Positions 51,617-64,000 of a stretch of DNA of 64,000 nucleotides are shown piece after piece. Source of the DNA: Prorocentrum cordatum. Its lineage: Eukaryota. Each line of letters begins with the position of its first letter. The stretch's first letter is position 1. The position numbers and the translations under genes were made by a program. Below the pieces are notes generated by a model. The model was given only the letters and a program-made list of their open reading frames with translations, ran no database searches and was not told where the DNA came from. The DNA is taken from the NCBI GenBank assembly GCA_963575745.1, contig CAUYUJ010000081.1:558001-622000 (forward strand), written 5' to 3'.

Positions 51617-51618
51617 AC

Positions 51619-51683
<65 letters not shown>

Positions 51684-52100
51684 GGAGGAGGAGGAGGAGG
51701 AGGAGGAGGAGGAGGAGGAGGAGGAGGAGGAGGAGGAGGAGGGAGGAGGAGGAGGAGGAGGAGGAGGAGGAGGAGGAGAAAAAAACAACCACAAAAGAGG
51801 AAGAAACGGGAGGGGGAGGAGGAAAAATGGGAGCATGAACAGGTTCGCGAGCATGGGCATGGGCACGGGCATGAACATGGGCACGGGTACTGAAAACGAG
51901 CTCGAACGCGAGCACACGCACGAGCGCGTCCATTAGCATGAGCATTATCGTGGTCAGGGGCACTGGCTCTGCCACGACCGTGGGCAAGCAAAACATGAGC
52001 AAGAGCATGAGCACGAGTACGAGAACCAGAGCGAGCATAAGCATGCACACGAGCGCGAGAACGAGCACGAAAACGAGAACGAGCCCGGGAACGAGCACGA
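51617..52100. repeat. (GAT)n + (GAG)n tracts and a degenerate gagca(c/t) hexamer tract
   Basis: Direct reading. Confidence 0.9.
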
Positions 52101-54690
52101 GCTCAGAGCAGCGCGGGCCCCCTCTCACGGCCCTGGGGGCCGTAACAAGAACTCCCTGAGGCCGAAGACGGCCCAGAACCTCCCGTCGCGATCTCTTCCA
52201 CGACGCAAGGGGGTCGGGGAAAGGAGCAGCCCGGCGGCTGTCACGGCAGGTTTGCTGATCCGTTGTTGGTCGGCCCGTCTGCCAGCGCGGGCGAAGGACC
52301 AATACTACCTATCGGCCCTGCACTGCAGGCCCAGTCCCCCCCCCTACAATCACCGCGCTACCAGGAGGAGCGCCAAATGAGGAACGGAGGGGCTGTCCTG
52401 GCCACGGCGCGCCTCGGCCACAAATAGGCTCCTCGACCTAGATCTGCGGAAGGGCCAGAAAACCAGAGCCCGTCCTGAACCCAAAGCGGTCCTTAGTTTA
52501 GCATGTTAGCTGCATGAGCAGTGTTTATCCGACCCCTATCCCCAGGGACGTGGCCTGGGCCCCACTAGCCGATTTACCCCCCTAGATAGGGATACAGACC
52601 ATGTCCTCCAGGTTTCGAAGGGTATGTCCCCAACTGGGGTGTTGAGATGGTGGGGGTCTGGACGGGGACGGGGATGGGGATAGGGGTCGGTTCAACGACA
52701 CTGACTGAACTCCCCGCGGGTGGGGAGGATGCGCAGATGCGCATCAGAGCGGCACGCACGGCAGCGTTCTGTCCAGCAGCGCCAGCGCCGCCACGCGGCC
52801 TGGCGAGTACACTTGGCAGTGCACGAAGTGGCCCCGGGCGCTCGGCGAGGCGCCTCGGCGCGGGTGGCCGGTTGGGGGGGGAGGGCGCCATCCCCCCTCG
52901 GCAGCGCCCCTTGGCGGCCGCGCGGGGGCCCCTTCGGCGGCCCCTCGGCCGTCCCTTCGGCCGCACGTCGGCCGCCTCTCGGCCGCCCTGCGGCGGTCTT
53001 CGGTGCTCTTGGAGCCCCGGCGCCGACGCAATCGATCGCGGTCGTCGGCGTCGTCGCCGTCGTCGTCGGCGGCGGCGGCGTCATTGTCGTCGTCGTCGCG
53101 GTCGTAGTTATTTTCGTCGTCATCATCGTCGTCGTCCTGGACTCGCCACGTGATCCAGACCGAAAGTGCAGGCCGTCTCGTGGTTTTTTGGACGAGCTCT
53201 GGGGGCTCTGGAAGAGACGCCAAACAGATGCCACTCTATTCATTTCAGAGCCTGCCTGGGGCCCTGCCTGGGACCTCCTAGTGATGCGGACCGGGGGGAA
53301 TCTGCCTGCGCTGTGGTGTCCCTTGCCCCAAAATCATCCACGCCTCCAACAAGATTCCTGCCGTAACGATTTCCTTTCCAGCTCCTGACGCCACGTGACG
53401 CGTTCGATCCTGAACGACCTCTGCGGCGGGCTGTCGCCTTCATCTGCCGCATGGATCATGCGCCATGGACTGTTATCTGTGAGCCCCGGACACCGAAACG
53501 GGCCCTTGGGCGTTCATCCTTGAACGGCCGCACTGGCGTCGCCGTTGCGCCGAATCAGCGCACACATGCCGTGACTCGTCGCCATCAGTCGGGTCATCCG
53601 GCGGGCCTTCTGGGCGGAGGCCGCCGACCCGCAGGCGCGCGGCCTTCAGCTGCGGTTCCACGGGCGCGCCGGGCACCGCCAGCGGCAGTTCGACCTGGGC
53701 CCCGGGATGCGAGCAGCAGCAGCGCGAGGAGCAGCAACAGGAACAGAAGCGGGAAGGGGAGGAGCAGCAGCAGCGGCAGTCGCAGCAGCGCGAAGAGGCG
53801 CAAGACGAGAACATGATCGACCCACGAACCCGGAAAGGAATATAGAAATGTAAGGCATGGCGACGATTCAAAGACACCTGATTGGGCGACGGGCAAATGC
53901 AATGCTGAATGTATCGATTTTGATGTACCGTGCCGAGGCCTGTGCTGTGCTGCGCCGTGTTGATGCTGAACTGCGATGTGCCATGCCGCGAATGTGCTCT
54001 ATAGCGTTGTGGATCGAGTCCTCCTGTGCACCCGAGTCCTGACCGAACTGATCTGGATCTTAAGCTCGAGCTGCCTCAGCACATAGTAGCTGCCCCAGAG
54101 CTAATGGACAGGGGGGACATGCCAGGAGGACGCGCCGCGGAACGTCCCCAGGGACGCGCCAGGCGACGTGCCAGGGGACGTGCCACGGGGACGCACCGCG
54201 GGACGTGCCGAGGGGACGCGCTACGGAACGTGCCAATTGACGTGCACCGCGCGACGTGCCAGGGGGACTCGCCACGGGACGCTCCGCGGAACGTGCCAGG
54301 CAACATGCCAGACTGCAATGCTAACGGTATCGAGATTGATGTACCATGCCGAGGGCTGTGCTGTGCCTGGGCGACCTGGACACGAGAAAACACGCGTTTC
54401 GCTCAAGACGTTCTCGGCACATCCTCATGCTAGACATCCGCCTGGGCAACCTGGACACGTGCAAACAAGCGTCTCGATCGAGACTTTCTCGACACATCCT
54501 TATGCTAGACATCCTCCTGGGCGACCTGGACACGTGAAAACAAGCCGCTGGTTCGAGACATCCTCAACAAATCCTCATGCTAGACATCTGTCTGGGCAAC
54601 CTGGAGGCGTGAAACCAAGCGTCTCGCTCGAGACATCCTCAAGACCTGGGCACGTGAAAACAAGCATTTCACTTGAGAGATCCTCTGAAT

Positions 54691-57247
<2,557 letters not shown>

Positions 57248-58540
57248 TCAGGTCCCCAGGAGAGGACAAGCTATAACACAAATAAAGCGTTTCGCTCGAG
57301 ACATCTTCAACAAATTATGAAAAACAAGCGTTTCGCCAAGGACATCCTGAATGTTTAGTTCGCCGGCCCTCTTCCCACTCGTTATTTATCGCAAAAGAAA
57401 TCCGCCGGCCCTCGTCCCGTCAGACCCGGGGGTAAACAGCTAAAAGAGAACCCTGGGCCGGCGCCCTTTCCGGGGAAAAACGCAGCGATGGCAGCGGCAG
57501 GGCGCTGGAGCGTCCCCAACGCGGCCATCCTGGCACCGAAGCGAAATCTGCAATTCTGGAGCGACGAAGTAGATGGGACCGCGAAGTGGAAATGAGGCGG
57601 CCCAGTCTTTTGTTGTTCCTCCTGTTCCTCTCCCTCCTCTTCCTCCTTCTCCTCCTCCCGTTTACATCCCACTCCTAATTCATAACTACTCCCCGTCGTT
57701 CCCTCAGTCGCGTCGGTAGGGCGGGCCAGGCGTTTCGCCGGAGTTCTCCATGCCGCTTATGAGCCTGAGGGTCGAAATTTGCAACAACTTCACAAATAAC
57801 TCGAAAACAACACGATAACGTTACATGCTACATTGTTCCGTGTGGAAGGGCTGTTCGTCGTGGTTGTTGCCTCCCTCGATGTTCCCGCCCCGGTGCTGTT
57901 CGCCATGGTTGTTGTCCCCCTCTCCATTGATCGCCATCCAAAACCTTACGGCCGTCGCCGTCTCCCACCTCAAACCTTCGCCGCCTCCCACCCCAAATTC
58001 AGCAACGTCGCAATTGAGTCGAAGGGAAGCCCCTTCCCTTTGATCACTTCCTCGACGAGGGGGGAAGTCCCAAAGGGGGGGGGCGGGGGGGGGGGAGGGG
58101 GGGAGTTTGAAGGGGGTTGGGAGGCCCTACCAGAAGCTTCGCCTAAGGCGAAGCCCACATCCAACTCTGTTGTACCGTAGTAACGATAGTCCCAAAAGTC
58201 GGAGATCATCGCGAGAGCGACGGGCCATGTCAAGCGCAGATATTTCGGGTCTCGAAAACAGGTAAAGTGCCCGCGATGAGACACAATCATCTGTCGGCGG
58301 CCGGCCGCTTGGGAACAAACGGCCGCGGACAAACGCTCGCCATCTCTCGCCTTTGCCCCAGCCTCCTTTAAAGTCGGAGGGGGAAGAAACGAAGCGTGAG
58401 TCCGCAGCCCGCTATACAGTAAACACTACATACACAAGGTAGGCAGCAGCAGGCGGGTTCAAAAGGATTATTGACCCGCACGCAAGTGCCCTTGCAAGCA
58501 AGTTGCCTCGCGGGAAAATCACCTTGCAGGCGATTGCTCC

Positions 58541-59460
58541 TCAGGCGGCATCAGACGATGTTGTCTGGCCAGCCCTGTACGGAGTATGGTGTTCTAAGTC
58601 GTGCTTGAAGGATCGTGTTCCTCCCATGACATGTAAAAGCATATCTCTGTCGATGCTCCCTTTGGTGCGGCCGTCTGCAGTCATGTCGCAAGTGTCACAC
58701 CACTGTACACCATGTACGAGACCTCGCTCCATCATCTGTCATATCCAACTTCTGCGTCCCAAAAGAGTGCACTCAGTCGGTTTCGTCTGGTCTTTGCTCG
58801 GCAAGGACTTGCAGACAGATTCCGCATCTATGGCCAAAGTGATATTAATGCTCAGGCCGCCCATCTCCAGTATATCTTTCAGCTGAATGGGTGTCAGCGG
58901 CCCTGCGTGGAGTTCGTGCAGAGTGACGATCGTGGGATAGTAGTCCTCCAAGTTCTGGGCTGCTGCTGGTGTTTCCGCTGAATAGCTCGAGCGGACATGC
59001 AAGCGGTGAGACTTGCAGTACGCGTCGACAAGATGGACGACAGGCTTACCAGCAGGCGTGCTTCCACGCCGTAGCAGGTTTGCCCCGCGAATACCATAGC
59101 CTTTGACCTCGTCATCGGCATCTCCACTAAGACGCCAGTAGCCGGAGTCGCTGCGCAGGTCGACCTCACCCTCTGGAGTCATCGATCGGTAGACGATCTT
59201 CTTAGGGCGAGCCTGCATTTTTCGGGTGATCGCGTTCAGTCGACGCATTTGCATGTTGGTCGGCTCTTGGGCACGCTGTAGGGATACAACAAATACCATC
59301 AAACACACAGCTGCGTGGGTAAGGCGTAAGCCAAAGCGCCTCTGAGGCTGGCAAACATGTCAGCGACCATGTTTGATACCTTGGATTCAGCGTCTGCGCC
59401 AGTGAGTTCAGGGTGTTGTACAGGACGGAGCTGCTTTATAGATTCGTTGGGTCAAATGTA
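58541..59460 (-). pseudogene. Ty1/Copia RT C-terminus + RNase H remnant (family distinct from the one at 1-1409)
   Basis: KQLRPVQHPEL..FASLRGALAY, RRLNAITRK, SDSGY, HVRSSYSAET.AA, IDAESV, KPTE, QWCDTCDMTADGRTKGSIDR. Stop at 58739 and frameshift near 59310. Confidence 0.85.
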
Positions 59461-59899
59461 ACATTCCCGTCCCCATCCTTTGTGTCTCCACGTCAGGCAC
59501 AACAATGCCCGACATCGCCAGACAGGACTACGTAGCGACAGCGCCCTGGCCGCTATTAACATACAGGATCGGATTACAGCCTCGCACTGACCTGCTCACC
59601 CCAAAAAACTGTATCCACAATGGGTGCGGCGCTGTGGAGCGATCAGTGGCCTTCGCATACCACCCCGTCACAGCGACTCCGAAATTCCAGGATCGAACTC
59701 GTGGGCAATCAGTCGCTCCTGGGAAGCAACCCTCATACGTGCCCGAGAAATCCCCCCCTCCTCGTCCCCCTGCTCGTTCTCATTCGTCCGCCCCCCCCAC
59801 ACACACACACACACACTCACAAACCCCCCACGTTATCTGATGAAAGAGGGGACTATTGCGGCAAACGGCGCAAGCGCCCCACCAGAAACCTGCCCGCCA

Positions 59900-60330
59900 C
59901 CGCCGCGGGGTAAACAATCTGGCGCCCCCATGTCGGAGATCCCCTTGGCGCCTACACGTCACAGCAAGTGCAAAGCGCACGCATGCCAGACGCAAGTTCG
60001 AACCAACTCCCTCCGCGAACGTATATCTACACGTGAAGAGTCTGGCGCTCCCAAGTCGGACGCCCCTCTTGGTGCCTACACACGTGAAAGCACGTGCCAG
60101 CCGCATGCGTGCCAGACGCATGTTCGCCCCCCAATCCCCTCCTCCGCACATGCACGTGAGAAAACTCTGGCGCCCATGCCTTGGACATACCCGCTTGGCG
60201 CCTACACGTGAACATGCATACCACGCGCAAACGTGCCGCATGTTTGACACCGCCCCCTCCGCGCCCCTATGCAGAGCCGGCTGCACGCGTGCCAAACGCA
60301 TGTTCGACACCTCCGGTCTCCGCACGTGGG
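59900..60330. repeat. ~124-bp diverged tandem repeat x3
   Basis: tctggcgc.cc..gtcgga....cttggcgcctacacgt at ~59918, 60041, 60166. Confidence 0.75.
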
Positions 60331-60344
60331 GGACATCTGATACC

Positions 60345-60475
60345 CCCTGTTGGAGTTCCCCGTGAGGGTGCGCCGAGATAGGTGGAGAACCGCATGCGAA
60401 ACACCCCTACTGAAGGCTTCGATGGAGCTCCCTGTGGGGCCACGAAACGTATGAGGGGTGTGCCGATATGTGCAC
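60345..60475. repeat. Isolated ~1.5 monomers of the 89-bp satellite seen at 3140-4260
   Basis: gagggtgcgccgagat..gcatgcgaa..cttcgatggagctccctgtggggccacgaa. Confidence 0.8.
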
Positions 60476-60787
60476 GCAGAGGTCAAAGGCATGGATGGGA
60501 AGGAGGGATGAGGGAGGGAGGAGGGGAGGAGAGGAGAGGAGAGCGGGGGAGAGGAGAGCGGGGCGTCTTCACTTCAAAACAAAAGCCCTACACACAGGAG
60601 GGTTGGAAAGAAAAACAAAAACCCGTTGCTTTCTTCGATACGCTGGAGGTCGGGGGAGAAGCGAGAAGGGAAACGAGGGGAGGCGGAGAGCCGCAAGGGC
60701 CGACCGAACAGAGGTGCAAATGTGCCTCCGCGCCGCCGCCGCCCGACCACAGCAGCATCAGCCGCGAACTGGCGCGCGGGGAAACCC

Positions 60788-61030
60788 TCCTCCAACTCTT
60801 CCTCCTCCTCCTCCTCTTCCTCCACCTCCGCCTCCACATCCTCCTCCTCCTTCTCCTCCTCCTCCTCCTCCTCCTCCTCCTCCTCCTCCTCCTCCTCCTC
60901 CTCCTCCTCCTCCTCCTCCTAACCTCCTACTCCTCCTCCTCCTCCTCCTCCTCCTCCTCCTCATCCTCCTCCTATGCCTCCACCTCCTCCTCCTCCTCCT
61001 CCTCCTCCTCCTCTTCCTCCTCCCCCTCCT
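60788..61030. repeat. (CCT)n microsatellite
   Basis: Direct reading. Confidence 0.95.
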
Positions 61031-61533
61031 CCTTTTATTGTTGCGTTGTCCAAACCTGGGTCTTTCGATTGTGGCGTGCTTGAATGAAAACTGCGGCCCG
61101 ATTGAAGATGAACCTGGCGGGCGCCGCAGAACATGAAATAATCAAAAACTAGGCCGGTAAGAGTAAGGAGAATAGGCGCCCGCCAAATCCTCGAGGCAGG
61201 CACATCCTCAGCAACCAACAACCATCAGAAGCCGCGTCGGAATAACTTGTCTCCACTAATATGTATAGGTCGTGCCTCCTCGGATGGCCCAAAACAATTG
61301 TAAACCAAAAACTACGAAGAATGGCGCCGTGACTGCGGCAGTGTCAGGGTTGCTGCCCACGGTGTTGGCTGACCCCAAACCGTGGGCAAGTCCTCCCCTA
61401 CCTCCCATCATGCCCCCACCGTCCCAGGTGCTGTTATGTCATCTGCTGGGTGCGCTGGCAGCAGGACATTAGGTATGATGGGGCCGTACCCTGCGGGGGG
61501 TTCAAATGCGCATTGAAGGCGACAACAAATATT

Positions 61534-62220
61534 TAGTGCACCTCACTCCTCCTCTCCTCGCTCCCGTCTGATGCTGCCGCGGCCGCGCTCCTTTTTTCTC
61601 TTGGCCGCGGCAGCCCGCACCTTAGTGGTGATGCGGCGGGCTACCTCAGAAGCAGGGCGCCAGACGGCCCAGGCGAACCGCCCCCACCTCCCTCCGACGG
61701 CCGTCGGGGGCGTCACGTTGGACGCAGGGGGTGGCCTGGTCTGCCTGGTCGCTGGGCGCCGAGGGTGGCAAGCCGCAGCACTCAGGCGCGCGCCCAGTCC
61801 ATCTCCCCTCAGCGGGGGCGAGAGCCATTGATGCATTCAGGTTAAGAAACTCTCAGGGCGTTAGCGTTGCTGGGCGGGGTCGGCGGCCCAAACAACTGCG
61901 GTCGCGGAGGTGGGAGGGAGAGCACTCGCACTAATCTTCATGAATGACGGACTAGTGCTCCTCACTCCTCCTCTCCTCGCTCCCGTATGATGCTGCTGCG
62001 GCCGCGCTCCTTTTTCTCTTGGCCGCGGCAGCCCGCACCTTAGTGGTGATGCGGCGGGCTACCTCAGAAGCAGGGCGCCAGACGGCCCAGGCGAACCGCC
62101 CTCACCTCCCTCCGACGGCCGTCGGGGGCGTCACGTTGGACGCAGGAGGTGGCTTGGTCTGCCTGGTCGCTGGGTGCCGAGGTTGGCAAGCCGCAGCACT
62201 CAGGCGCGCGCCCACTCCAT
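61534..62220. repeat. Split direct terminal repeats: ~268-bp copies at 61534-61802 and 61953-62220 with a 150-bp spacer
   Basis: tagtgc.cctcactcctcctctcctcgctcccgt...gcactcaggcgcgcgccca.tccat occurs twice with few mismatches. Confidence 0.93.
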
Positions 62221-62304
62221 GCATGCACTCCCAGCGCGCGCGACCTCCCACGCTGCACTGAATTTGCGGAGCTGATGGGCGTCCGAGGGCCCAGGGCACG
62301 GGCA

Positions 62305-63255
62305 TCAGATACGACGGCGTAGCAAAGACTTTCCCCTGGCTCTCAACCGTCGCCCCTTCGCGCTGAGGCCGTGGCGCTCCAGCATGGCCACGCCATCCTG
62401 GATGTAAATGCGAGCCGTGGACTGGTGCCTCCAACGGCCGCGAATCCATCTCTTGGAGAGACTTCCCGGGATCTTGAAGTGGTGGGCGGCCCCTCCCTCC
62501 CCGGCGCAGCGAGCACGGCTTGCACCTATCAGGGTCGGCCCCAATGGACTGGACCAGTCTCCGGAAGGCACGGCGGAAGCAGCCCGTACCGCGGGGGCAC
62601 AGCTGGGTGCCAGCTGGGCGCCCTTGCAACAGCTCGGCAAGGAGCACAACAGCCTCGAGCTCGTCGATGGCGACGCGCTCGGCGGTGCCTGACCTCTTAC
62701 CCCCCTGGTGAAACCGAGGTTGAGGTGCACCACGCCACGGCCCAGGTCAAAGGTGCATTGCCCAGCTGTCAACATGCACTCGACGGGGCGAAGGATGCCG
62801 TTGAAGCACACCAGTACTGCCGCAGCTGTCGCTTTGTCTCCTTCCTCTAGTGCAAAGCCTGCCATCGCCAGCGCCTGCTCGGGCAACAGCGGCCGAACAC
62901 GGGAAGGGATTTCGGTCTTAGACCAGGTGCCGAACAGTCTCCAAGAATCGTTGAGACCTCTGCGCAAACTTGCAACAAAATGTTGGAGCCCCGACAACGC
63001 GACTCCCACCAAGCTCTTGGATTCTCCAGCCGCCCAACAATCCTCGAGATACTCCCCAAGAACCTCATCGGCGGCCGGGATCGAGACAGGCAAGGGCTCG
63101 CCAAGGCGCAGGAGCCACTGGAAAAATACATGTGTGGCCTCCAGATACCGCTGGACAGTGCGCGGTTGGAGCTGCAATTATCTCAGGGTTCCCGCTCTGC
63201 TTCGCTCATCCCTTCTCTGCCTCGTCCCGCCACTGAGCACTATGGCTGCCACCAT
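62305..63255 (-). pseudogene. Tyrosine recombinase, with a premature stop and two compensating frameshifts
   Basis: PRTVQRY, LGEYLEDCW, LSGLQHF, SWRLFGTW, FNGILRPVE (R), LGFTRG/GKR, KPCSLRRGG (alternate frame), RGRWRHQSTARIY (W, Y). Likely ATG at 63255, stop at 63178. Confidence 0.9.
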
Positions 63256-63998
63256 ATGCTCGGAGCGTCGGCCGGATTGAGCTCCGACCGAACAAAGACC
63301 CAAAATGGGTGGCTGGACGTGGCTAGCAGGAGCGCGTTCAAGCGCATGAGGATGAACTGAAGCTGGCGGGACTGCGACCTACCCTTGCAGGCCACTGCTA
63401 CGGAAACCTGAGCATCACAGAAATGAATAAACCTCGTGCGCATGTTCGCACGGCCCCTCATACGCCAAGACACGGCGGCCAAGAGGGCTTGCAGCTCCAA
63501 GACGTTGATGCGCGCGCCTCCCTGCTTGAAGCTCAGGCAAGTGCGCCAGAGCCAGCGGTCTGCATCAACGCCTCTCCTTGGCCAACCCGCAGGCTTCCAG
63601 AGGCCTCCCGTCGCGGCACGCACATCGCTGCCCTTGAAGATGGCGTTCCGCACAAGTGACTCGCAAAGGGCGCGGTGCACTTGATCGGGGGTCGCCTCGG
63701 CGGCAGGCGCGTCCAGCAGCAACTCCAGGTAGAGGCTTCCGTCCCCACCTGGGGCCCCCCAGCACTCGGCGACAGTCGGCGGCTCGCTCAAGACTCCAGC
63801 GGCCACCAAACCTCTTCCAAGCAGGAAGGCTACCACCGGGACTGAGAAGGAGTCACCCAGCAGCGAGCACTTGACGTCCTCGTCGATCGACCCCGACTCG
63901 GACTTGGGCACGGCCCAGCTGCAATGGTTCCAGGGAAACCCTAGGCGCACAGCCCGCTCTCTGCTGGTCAGAGGTCGGAGCTTGTGCTTGGCGCCCGA
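63240..63998 (-). CDS. 3' end of pol: C5 DNA methyltransferase motifs IX-X fused to DIRS-type RNase H C-terminal half (partial, open to window edge)
   Basis: LRPLTSRERAVRLGFP (motif IX, R.LT.RE..R..GFP), LLGDSFSVPVVAFLL (motif X, GN...V.V), then INVLELQA, FCDAQV, KGRS, VRSELNPADAPS, all in one open frame. Confidence 0.88.
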   Translation of the reverse strand, partial: SGAKHKLRPLTSRERAVRLGFPWNHCSWAVPKSESGSIDEDVKCSLLGDSFSVPVVAFLLGRGLVAAGVLSEPPTVAECWGAPGGDGSLYLELLLDAPAAEATPDQVHRALCESLVRNAIFKGSDVRAATGGLWKPAGWPRRGVDADRWLWRTCLSFKQGGARINVLELQALLAAVSWRMRGRANMRTRFIHFCDAQVSVAVACKGRSQSRQLQFILMRLNALLLATSSHPFWVFVRSELNPADAPSIWWQP

Positions 63999-64000
63999 CT

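Larger units (their letters stand above)
61534..64000 (-). mobile_element. Tyrosine-recombinase retrotransposon 2 (PAT/Ngaro-like termini), 3' portion; continues beyond window
   Basis: MTase/RNase H ORF, then YR, then split direct repeats. Confidence 0.9.

Noticed and set aside
61534..62220. DGR template/variable repeat pair, or LTR pair
   Set aside because: Mismatches are not adenine-specific, there are no TG..CA ends, and the position after YR fits split terminal repeats.

Overview
Repeat-dominated, GC-rich eukaryotic DNA in which I can support no intact host gene, rRNA, tRNA or CRISPR array. The transposon content resembles a dinoflagellate genome (inference; Prorocentrum-like). Main contents: (1) two degenerate tyrosine-recombinase (DIRS/PAT/Ngaro-type) retrotransposons on the minus strand, ~45.6-51.6 kb and 61.5 kb to the window end. 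Each carries C5 cytosine-methyltransferase motifs at a different position: downstream of the recombinase in the first, fused just ahead of the RNase H C-terminal half in the second. The second has split direct terminal repeats. A third MTase-like fragment lies at 42.5-43.0 kb. (2) Two Ty1/Copia RT-RNase H pseudogenes and a possible gag fragment. (3) Remnants of CRE-like and RNase H-bearing non-LTR elements. (4) A multi-copy non-coding family with 10-bp subterminal inverted repeats, a conserved hairpin stem, interchangeable minisatellite interiors, head-to-tail arrays and self-nesting, plus a second such family nested inside it (Helentron/DINE-like hypothesis). (5) Foldback/MITE-like inverted repeats, many 15-165 bp tandem arrays and long trinucleotide tracts. 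Most ORFs in the six-frame track are artefacts of GC-rich or repetitive sequence. All domain calls come from motifs recognised by eye; no searches were run.
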